From assembly GCA_963422205.2 (NCBI GenBank), contig CAXMWX010000005.1, positions 416,001 through 480,000 on the forward strand: a DNA stretch of 64,000 nucleotides, in the 5' to 3' direction. Positions 41,177-50,900 of the stretch are shown here, one piece after another. The stretch is from Gammaproteobacteria bacterium. Its GTDB lineage: Bacteria; Pseudomonadota; Gammaproteobacteria; Eutrophobiales; Eutrophobiaceae. The notes under the pieces are model-generated. The model saw only the letters and a program-made list of their open reading frames with translations, was not told the DNA's origin and did not search any database. Numbering within the stretch: the first letter of the stretch is position 1; the number at the start of each line of letters is the position of its first letter. Made by a program: the position numbers and the translations under genes.

Positions 41177-44100
41177 ATGACCCAGAGACTACTAGCCGAT
41201 TTTTGTCATCAGTATTCCCTGTCAAAGACCTTGCGTTTTGCGCTAAGACCTGTTGGGGAAACTGAACAGTTCATAGCAAACAAGGGTTTGCTTGAAGAAG
41301 ACGAGGAACGGGTTGAAAAGTATAAACAGGCCAAAAAGATCATAGATGAATATCACAAAGACTTTATCAACCGCAGTCTTGAGGGTTTTTGTTTTGAAGA
41401 AAAGGATTTGGAGAATTTCCATGAAGCCTACTACACGTTCAAGAACAGTGACAATAAAGACAGTCAAGACTTCGAGGGTAAACAGACTAAATTGCGTGAA
41501 GCCATAGGGAAACAATTCAATACACAAAGATTATTCACAAAACATTTTATTAAAGAGACATTGCCGGAATGGCTGAAAGAGAGAACCCTGCAAATTGAAG
41601 GCGTTGACGACCCCGGAGCCATTATCAAAGATTTTGAAGACTGGACGACATATTTTCGTGGTTTTAATGAAAACCGCAAAAATATTTACAAAGAAGAAAA
41701 AGGGCCCAGGAGCACTTCCATCGGCTATCGTCTCATCCATGAGAATTTACCCCGGTTCATTGACAATATAAAACGCTACAAAGACGCAAGAGAGCTGAAT
41801 GTGGATTTTTCTGACGTGGAAAGGATTTTTGACGTTGACCTGGATCAGGTCTTTTCACTTGAATATTACAACCATTGTCTGACTCAGAGGGGAATTGATA
41901 CTTACAATCAAATTTTAGGTGGGCAGAGCGAACAGGGGAATGTGAAAAAACAAGGCGTAAACGAGAAAATCAACCTTCATGCTCAGCAATTAAAAAGCGA
42001 AGGCTCAAATGCCACTGATGAGCGTAAAAAAGAACTCGAAGAAAAAGCTAAAAAAGTCCGCTCCTGCAAACTGGAAAAACTCCACAAACAAATTCTCAGC
42101 GACAGAAGTGAACTCTCTTTTCGTTTGGAGGAGATAGATAGTGATGCCAGCTTGTGTGCAGCCATATTATTAAAATTCAAAATTGACGATGCTGAAAATC
42201 TCATAGGCAAAGACAAAGATATTAACATCACAGAAAATCTTGAAAAGTCCTTAACGCCGCTTAAAGATGCCGACCCTGAAAAGATATATGTCAATAATCG
42301 CTCTATAGCAGCCATTTCACAAAATCTTTTTAAGAACTGGAATACGATTAATGATTGTCTGGAATATTATGCCGAAAAGAAACTCTATCCCGTTCCCGAA
42401 AGGGAAAAAGAAACCAAGAAACTCTTAGACCAAAGAGAACAATGGTGCAAACAGTCCTACTTCTCCTTTACGGATATTCATAAGGCGTTGGAGACTTACT
42501 TTGAGCAATATACAGGGGACGAATTGAAAGATGAGCAAAAATCAGAGGGGGTAAATGACGGCTTGAACATAAAAGAGCAAAAGGAAATCGCTGAGAGCAG
42601 GCCGCTTTTTGTCTATTTTGAAAGACTGGCTATAAGAAAAAAGAACCAGGAAAACAATACATTTGAATCAAAACATCTGCTTGAAGAAATCCAGAGAACA
42701 TTTAAGGAGGCGCTTCCGGTATTAGAAGAATACGAATGTATAGAGGAAGAAAAGCTGAAGAATGAAAAAGACAAAGTGCAAAAAATCAAACACTATCTTG
42801 ATGCCTTGATGGATCTGCAATATTTCCTGAAGTCCCTATCCGTCCAACTCAGCAAAAAAGAGGAAGAAAAAGCAGTTGAACTATATGAAAAAGACACTGG
42901 ATTTTATGAAGGTTTTGACGCTTTATTTGAAGTCGTTGAACAAATCGTTCCTCTCTACAACAAGACCCGAAACTACCTGACGAAAAAACCCTACAGCGTA
43001 GAGAAATACAAGCTGAATTTTGAAAACCAGGAACTTGCGGATGGCTGGGATAAAAACAAAGAAAAGGCTAATACCTGTGTGCTGTTGATGAAAGACGGGC
43101 AGTATTTTCTTGGCATAATGGACAGAGAACACAAGAAGATATTTGAAGGGGGCTTGCCCGATGAAGGCCAATGCTATAGAAAAATTGTTTACAAACAAAT
43201 CGCAAATGCCGGAAAAGATATTCAAAACCTGATCCGTATCAACGGCAAGTTTGAAAGAAAGACCAAAAAATTAGATGAACTCAAAAAACAGTATATTCCT
43301 GATATTTATGAAATAAGAAAGCGCGAATCACATAAAACTACAAATAAAAATTTTAACAAGGCTGACCTGATAAAATTTATTGATTACTACAAAGAAGCAG
43401 CAATAGCCTATTGGGACTGGTATGATTTTTCTTTTAAGAAGAGCAATAAATACGACAGCTTTAAAGAGTTTACCGACCATGTAAATAGCCAGGGATACAA
43501 GATTAAATTTCAGGATGTTTCAGAAACCCATATTGATGATTGCGTAAAAAAGGGGAAACTCTACCTTTTCCAGATTTACAGCAAAGATTTTTCGCCCAAA
43601 ACAAGAGGCAAGCCCAACTTGCAGACACTTTACTGGAAAGCCTTGTTTGATGATAAAAACCTGCGCGATGTTGTTTACAAACTCAACGGTAAGGCGGAAC
43701 TCTTTTACCGGAACCCATCTATTGAATATTCACCGTCAATCTGGGAAAAAGGACACCACGCTGGAAAAATAAGGCAGACATACCCCATTATCAAAGATCA
43801 CCGCTATGCCAAGGCTACATACTTATTTCATGTGTCAATCCAGTGTAACTTCAAAGCGGGCACAAAAAACTCCACCGATTTCAACCGCGAAGTCAGAGAC
43901 TCTCTCAAAGACAATTCGGAGGTGAATATCATAGGATTGATCGCGGCGAGAGACATTTGGCTTATTACACGGTAATAAACCAGAGAGGAGAAATTCTTAA
44001 AGACGCAAATGGAGAGCATTTGCAGGGGAGTTTAAACAAACCCCTCGGCGAAAAAGACTACCAGGAGCTTTTACACAAGCGGGAAAAAGACAGGGACAAA

Positions 44101-45117
44101 AACAGAAAATCCTGGGGAACAGTTGAAAAAATCAAAGACTTGAAAGAAGGGTATTTATCTCAAGTAGTGCATAAAATTGCAAAACTCATGGTGGAACACA
44201 ATGCCATAGTGGTTTTTGAAGATTTGAATTTCGGCTTTAAGAAAGGTCGTTTCAAGGTGGAAAAACAGGTCTATCAAAAGCTGGAAAAGATGCTCATTGA
44301 CAAACTCAATTACCTTGTATTCAAGGATAAAAATCCCAATGAGGCAGGCGGCCTTCTAAATGCCTTGCAACTCACCGCTCCGTTTGTAAGTTTCCAGGGG
44401 CTGGGCAAGCAAACGGGGTTTATTTTTTATGTGCCCGCATATCATACCTCTAAGGTTTGCCCCGCAACCGGGTTTGTCAACCTGCTGTATCCGCGATATG
44501 AGACCATTAAAAAAGCACAGGAGTTCTGCAAAAAATTCAACAAAATCTGTTTTAACAAAGAACAAAACTGCTTTGAGTTTCACTTTCACTATGAAAAGTT
44601 CACAAATAAAGCCGAAGGGGGCAGGCAGGATTGGGTTTTGTGCAGTCACGATGTGCGGCTGGAAAATTTCAAAAATGGAAAAAGTCAATGGCAAACTCGT
44701 GAGATAAACCTGAATGAGAAGATGGAAAAATTATTCAAGGATTATTTGATTGATTTTGATGACGGGCAATGTTTGATTGAGAAAATCGCTCAACAGGATA
44801 AAAGTGAATTTTTCAAATCATTGCTCCGCCTGCTCAAACTCACCCTGCAAATGCGTAACAACAGAATAGGAAAAGATGAAGACTGGCTTATTTCACCGGT
44901 GAAAGACAGCGAGGGTAACTTTTTTGACTCACGCAAAGCGGATACTTCCATGCCACAAAACGCGGATGCCAACGGTGCCTACCATATTGCGCTTAAAGGT
45001 TTGCTGATGCTTGAGCAACTCAGAAATAGTGAAAATGAAAATTTCAAACCGGATTTGTCCAATAAGGCATGGTATGAATTTCTGGCAGAGCGGCATGGAA
45101 ACAAAAGCAGCAATTAG
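41177..45117 (+). pseudogene. cas12a: Type V-A effector Cas12a (Cpf1), split by a 1-nt deletion at about 43936
   Basis: YSLSKTLRF, KKIIDEYHK, WTTYFRGFNENRKNIY, YRLIHENLPRF, LYNKTRNY, LADGWDKNKE, LYLFQIY.KDFS. RuvC-I IG(I)DRGERHL is split across frames; RuvC-II VVFEDLN and RuvC-III ADANGAYHIA are intact. About 1313 aa if repaired. Confidence 0.95.
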
Positions 45118-45125
45118 AACAAAAT

Positions 45126-45683
45126 ATGGAAACCTGTCTGCCCATCTCCTATCTGAACGACTTTGTTTTCTGCCCCCGCTCTATTTATTTCCATCAACTC
45201 TATGGTCGTACCGAGCAGAGGCTGTATCAGACCACCGCCCAGACCGCTGGCAAGGCGGCGCACAAGACGATTGACGAGAGGCGTTATACCACGGCGAAAA
45301 ACGTGTTGCAGGGACTTGATGTTTACAGCGAAAAATACGCTATCGGCGGCAAGATAGATGTATATGACAAATCGAAGGCTTTGCTGACGGAGCGCAAAAA
45401 GAAAATCAAAACGATTTACGATGGCTACATATACCAGCTTTTTGCACAGTATCACTGCCTGACCGAGATGGGCTATAAGGTTGCGCGATTGCAGTTATAC
45501 AGCATGGCGGATAACCGGGTTTATCCTGTTAAAACGCCATTGGAAGACCCGGAGATGCAGCGGCAGTTTGAGCAACTTGTCGCGGCAATCAGGCAGTATG
45601 ATCTCCAGGCCCCGTTTGAACCTGATGAGAAAAAATGCAGGCAGTGTATCTATTGCAATCTTTGTGATGTTGCAAAATGTTGA
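45126..45683 (+). CDS. cas4: Cas4 (type V-A associated)
   Basis: ISYLNDFVFCPRSIYFH, GKIDVY, ERKKKIK..YDGY..QL.AQY and CRQCIYCNLC Fe-S cysteines. Confidence 0.93.
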   Translation: METCLPISYLNDFVFCPRSIYFHQLYGRTEQRLYQTTAQTAGKAAHKTIDERRYTTAKNVLQGLDVYSEKYAIGGKIDVYDKSKALLTERKKKIKTIYDGYIYQLFAQYHCLTEMGYKVARLQLYSMADNRVYPVKTPLEDPEMQRQFEQLVAAIRQYDLQAPFEPDEKKCRQCIYCNLCDVAKC

Positions 45684-46639
45684 GCGCACCTGACTTTAAA
45701 CAAAAAAAGATTATCTTCGCATTGCTGAGCCATGGAGAAAAACTCAGCTTTAAAAATGATAATGTTATCATCACGGATGATGATGGCATCAGGCATCAGT
45801 CCAGTTGTTATCGCTTGTTTGCCCTGTTTGTTGTTGGCCATATCACCATCACATCAGGCTTGCTGCAACGGGCCAAAAAATTTGGCTTCAGTATTGTCTT
45901 AATGACCCATGGCCTGATCCCCCATGGAAGCTGGCTGGCTAAAGCGGAGGGTAATGTCCTGTTAAGGAAAAGACAGTACAACTATCAGGGTCTGGAGATA
46001 GCCAGGCATCTGATAAACGACAAGATCGAGCAACAGGTACAGAACCTGAAAAAGCGCAGGAAGAAGCCGGAGAAATTAAAACAGGCAATAACGGCTTTGC
46101 AAGCCTATCAATATCGACTGGCTAATGATTATGCCGACTTGCAGAACATCCTGGGCATTGAGGGGATCGCCTCCCGTGTGTATTTTCAGGCCATGTTCGC
46201 CGATATGGCGTGGGCTGGCAGACAGCCGAGGGCGAAGCAGGATATAACCAACCTGCTGCTGGACATTGGCTATATGCAGTTATTTCATATCATTGATGCC
46301 CTGCTGAATCTGTATGGTTTTGATACCTATCAGGGCGTTTATCATCAGGCGTTCTATCAGCGTAAATCGCTGGTGTGCGATCTGGTGGAGCCATTCAGGC
46401 CCATCGTTGATTTGGGGATCAGAAATGCATATCAGCGCGGGCAGATCCACCAAGCTGATTTCAGCTATGTGAACGGTCAATACCGGCTATTCGGCAAGGC
46501 CAGTCAGCCTTATGTGAGGCTCCTGCTGCAATCTGTTCTGGCGCACAAGCAGGCGATATTCCTTTATGTGCAAGGTTACTACAGGGCATTTATGCGGGAT
46601 AAACCCATTGATCAATACCCTGTATTTAAGAGAGATTGA
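45677..46639 (+). CDS. cas1: Cas1 (type V-A associated)
   Basis: LSFKNDN, GIEGIASRVYF, NLLLDIGY and GVYHQAFYQRKSLVCDLVEPFR. Confidence 0.94.
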   Translation: MLSAPDFKQKKIIFALLSHGEKLSFKNDNVIITDDDGIRHQSSCYRLFALFVVGHITITSGLLQRAKKFGFSIVLMTHGLIPHGSWLAKAEGNVLLRKRQYNYQGLEIARHLINDKIEQQVQNLKKRRKKPEKLKQAITALQAYQYRLANDYADLQNILGIEGIASRVYFQAMFADMAWAGRQPRAKQDITNLLLDIGYMQLFHIIDALLNLYGFDTYQGVYHQAFYQRKSLVCDLVEPFRPIVDLGIRNAYQRGQIHQADFSYVNGQYRLFGKASQPYVRLLLQSVLAHKQAIFLYVQGYYRAFMRDKPIDQYPVFKRD

Positions 46640-46914
46640 CATTGCTTATCGTGACCTATGATATCAGTGACAATAAACTCAGAACCAGATTTGCTGCGTT
46701 TCTTTCACGCTTTGGCTATCGATTGCAGTACTCCGTGTTTGAAATCAAAAACAGCAGGCGTCTGCTGGCGCTCATAGCGGCAGAAATACAGGCAGATTAT
46801 GAGAAAAAGTTTTCACAAAGCGATAGCGTGATTATTTTTAATTTGAGCAAGCAATGTAAAATCACCCGCTACGGCTATGCAAAAGATGATGATGAAGATT
46901 TAATTATTATCTGA
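46636..46914 (+). CDS. cas2: Cas2
   Basis: LIVTYDISDNKLRTRF...GYRLQYSVFE. Confidence 0.95.
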   Translation: MTLLIVTYDISDNKLRTRFAAFLSRFGYRLQYSVFEIKNSRRLLALIAAEIQADYEKKFSQSDSVIIFNLSKQCKITRYGYAKDDDEDLIII

Positions 46915-47035
46915 TAGAATTGCCTATGTTGGTCTTTATGGGCGCAAACGATGCGATATCAGCGTTTTTATGCAACCAGACTGTTAAGAATGCCTGGCAA
47001 GTTATTGAAATATCCTGCTTGCAGCAGATTTATCT
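46915..47035 (+). promoter_or_regulatory. CRISPR leader
   Basis: Non-coding segment between cas2 and the first intact repeat; the degenerate repeat is at the far end, which orients the array. Confidence 0.7.
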
Positions 47036-47879
47036 GTCTAAGACCGATAACTAATTTCTACTGTTGTAGATTTGGCAGGCGCCATCTTGCCATCGGTGTC
47101 TAAGACCGATAACTAATTTCTACTGTTGTAGATCATCACGCCCTTCAATCCCTTGCTGCGTCTAAGACCGATAACTAATTTCTACTGTTGTAGATTTAGC
47201 ACCCCCCGCCCTTGCAACGGTGGTCTAAGACCGATAACTAATTTCTACTGTTGTAGATTCCTGCATGCCGATCATGAGCAGAAGTCTAAGACCGATAACT
47301 AATTTCTACTGTTGTAGATGAAGACTTCTGGGTTGTAGGTTATGTGGTCTAAGACCGATAACTAATTTCTACTGTTGTAGATATACCAAGCTGCTGCTGC
47401 AGGCAAATGTCTAAGACCGATAACTAATTTCTACTGTTGTAGATTCGGACTGACCAAGTCGACGTTAAGATGTCTAAGACCGATAACTAATTTCTACTGT
47501 TGTAGATATATCCGTCTGCCATCGGTCTTCCATGCGTCTAAGACCGATAACTAATTTCTACTGTTGTAGATACTGCGGCGCATCTTGTATCTTTTTCGGG
47601 TCTAAGACCGATAACTAATTTCTACTGTTGTAGATTTCTGAGCGGTATGGTTATACGCTGTAGTCTAAGACCGATAACTAATTTCTACTGTTGTAGATAA
47701 GGCGATCTCTGAGTCCGGATCTCTTGTCTAAGACCGATAACTAATTTCTACTGTTGTAGATGAATGCGGCCATATGAGTTTCCCTTGGGTCTAAGACCGA
47801 TAACTAATTTCTACTGTTGTAGATTTGTATAAAATGACCGGAATAACAGATGTCTAAGACCGATAACTAATTTCTACTG
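47036..47879 (+). CRISPR. Type V-A array: 13 full 36-nt repeats plus 1 truncated repeat, 13 spacers of 25-28 nt
   Basis: Repeat GTCTAAGACCGATAACTAATTTCTACTGTTGTAGAT, ending in the Cas12a handle AATTTCTACTGTTGTAGAT. Starts at 47036, 47098, 47160, 47223, 47284, 47347, 47409, 47472, 47536, 47600, 47663, 47726, 47789 and 47852 (truncated). Confidence 0.99.
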
Positions 47880-47930
47880 AACTTCACACAGTCAGGCGCG
47901 AACAACCCCGCCGTCCCATAACACCTCACC

Positions 47931-50900
47931 TTATGAGGACAAGCTGGCCTGCTTATCTAGCGTGTTACGGGCGAAGGCGGCATTCAGCGATTCATCGATC
48001 ACGCATTCATACTCATCCAGCCGGGCGATCACCTGCTGTCCTTCATCCAGAAATTCGATATTCGCCCTGGCAGTGCCCTCGCTGGCGCTCACGATTTCGC
48101 TGATGATGCTGACGCCCGCCCGCGGCAGGCGTTGTTGAAACTGGCGGTAGCGGCCGATGCGGGTGGGCAGGCAACCCCTGCCGGAGTGAGCAAAACTCCA
48201 CAGGATCATCAGTTGAAACGCCGCATCCAGCAGGGCCGGGTCAGCATACCAGGAGGAGCGGATGGGCTGTGCCATCCACGCTGACGGCGGCGGGGCGGAG
48301 GCAGCGCATCCCTGGATGCCCGTATCAGAGCAAGCCAGCACCTCGGTCACGGATTGCAACAGCGGGCCGTGAAATAGCTGGCCGTTGGCATAATACGCCG
48401 GCCAGCTCAGCGCATAATCGCCGGTGATTGCGCCCAGCCGGTGGTCGGTGTTTGTCGCTGGCTGACTGCCCAGGATGATGCTCGCCCTGGCGTGACGCCT
48501 ATTGCCGCTGCACAATTCAACCGGCACGTAGCGAACATCACCGATGCCTTGCTCGGTACCGGCCATGATCTGTAATGGCCGCTGCTCGGCACCTGTCAGC
48601 GTCACCCCTTTCAGGATCTGCAAGTCATCCAGGCCAGCAAACCGCAAGCCCGGATTGGCGTGTATCGCCCCGTGGATCAACCATTCGGCGATCAAGGCGG
48701 CCGGCAGCACAGCCCGCCCGTTGATGACGTGATGCGCCAGCACCGGGTAGTCCTTGACAGTCAGCAGGCGCTCAAACGCCAGCCGGAGACCCCCGGCCTC
48801 GGTGGCGGCGGGCGCTTGTTCTTGTTCTGACAGATACGCCGGAGCCGGCGCTGACCCTGAGATAACGATCTCCACCTCATCCGCCTTGCTGCCCAACTCA
48901 TCCAGCAAGTACGCCGCACCAGCGCGCAAGCCGATCACCTCAACGCCTTCGCTGGCGAATAGCTGCTTTAGCGCGGGTGTCACCATGCCGCCATCCCAGG
49001 GCCCCCAGTTCAGACTGAGCACGCGACAGCTCGGGCGCTGCCTCCGTTGTTGCTGTGCCAGCTTGTTGAGCACCTCGTTGGCGGCGGCATAATCGGCCTG
49101 TCCGCGGCGGCCAAAACGGGCGCTGGATGAGGAGAACATGACGATCGCCTTCAGCGCATCGTTTGCCGTTGCCCGCAGCAGCGCTTCGGCCCCAGCCACC
49201 TTGGTGCTGAACACGTCCTGAAACTGCTCGGCGGTTTTATCTTCAATCAGCTTGTCGGCCAGCACGCCGGCCGCGTGAATCACCCCGCTGATCGGGCCTA
49301 ACTCCGCCCGCGCCTTGTCGATGCAGGCGGCAACGGCCTCGCCGTGTCGAACGTCCACGGCCTGGTAGCTAACCGTCACGCCGCCCTCCCGCATGCGCTC
49401 AAGGTTATGGCGGATCTCCCTGGCGGCCAGGATCGCCTGACAGGTCTTCTCGGCGATTGCCGGGCTGGCATCGGTCTGCCGCAGAATAATCGCCTGCCTG
49501 ACGGCGGCGGCATCGTTTACGTCCTGTAACCAGTCCGGCTCCTTCGCCGGTAACTCGCTGCGCCCCAGCAGCAGCAGATTCACCTTGAACTGCTCCGCCA
49601 GAGCAATCGCCACTTCCGCCGTCACGCCGCGCGCCCCGCCGCTCACCACCACCACATCGCCCGGCGCAAACACAGGCAGGCGGCTGGCAGACGCAGAGAC
49701 GGCCTCGGAGCGCAAGGCAATGGCGTAGCGATGTTGCTCGGTCAGCCCCACCTCCAGCGGGCCTGCCGTGAGCAGTTCAGGCAAGAGGCGTTCACGCAGC
49801 GTCTCACCCACATCTGCCGGGAGGTCCAGCACCTTGCAATGCACATGCGGCCATTCCTTATCGGCGGTCTTGATCAGGCCACTGATCCCGGCACTGTGGG
49901 CGCTGGCCGACAGCGACCCTGTCAGGGCAAAGCGGCCACCTTGCCGGGTGATGCCGACAAGCAGTTGCAGATGCTCGGAATTGACCGCCTGCATCAAGGC
50001 GAAACCGGCCTCAATAAACGCCGCATCGGCCGCTGGTGGGGTCAGTATGATGAGGCCACCTGTGGGCATGGCCGGATGCTCATCAATCGCGATGATCGTT
50101 GCGTTGATGCCAGCGGCATGACACTGGGCTGCCAGTTGCCGCGGCAGCCGGCTGCCATCATCGGTAATGCACAGCGGCGCATCAGCGGCCAGGATCAGTG
50201 GCTGCCCGGCCTTATCATCCAGCTCAACCAGCGTGACCGGACAGCGATACAGCGATTGCCCGACAGATTGACCAGCAGATAATTCAGATGATGGCCCAGG
50301 AGATGGCTCAGGGGATGGCTCGGTAAGGGCGGCATCAACGCGTGCATCGGCAGCGGTAGCCGGCCCGGCGGCCTGCATATAATCAATGATCTGCCGCAGG
50401 GTTTGCAGGCTGGCGAGATCTTCCGGGGCAACCGCCGGTGCCGCCGGCAGGCGCTCCTGCAAGGCAGATAAGATCTCCACCCGCTTGATGGAGTCGATCC
50501 CCAGATCGGTGTCCAGATGCATGTCCACATCCAGCATCTCAGGCGGATAACCGGTCTTCTCGGCAACCACCTCCAGCATGGTGGCCTGCCAGGTCATATC
50601 GGCAACGGCGGCCTCAACAGGCGGCGGGGTGCTGGCGGGCGCGGGCGGCGGGGCGGCCAGGTCATCGTCCGTGGCAAGGTACTCAACAATGTGCGCCAGC
50701 ACCTGAAAGGTGCCAAGTTGCTCTGGCTGGATCTTGCTCATCGCCGGCAGGCGCTCCTGCAAGGCAGATAAGATCTCCACCCGCTTGATGGAATCGATGC
50801 CCAAATCGGTGTCGAGACTCATCTCCAGGCTCAACATGTCGACCGGGTAACCGGTCTTCTCGGCAACCACCTCCAGCAACAGGCGGGCAAAAAACGCCTG

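Noticed and set aside
43612-43640. NLQTLYW (versus NLHTLYW) as loss of the Cas12a RNase histidine
   Set aside because: Counting back from FnCas12a D917 places catalytic H843 in the later ITHPAK loop, not in this motif.
47259-47283. Spacer 4 partial match (CATGCCGATCATG) to oleB near 32975
   Set aside because: Only 13 nt match and the flanks do not; expected by chance in GC-rich DNA.
50400-50880. Internal direct repeat in pfaA
   Set aside because: Explained by the two tandem ACP domains.
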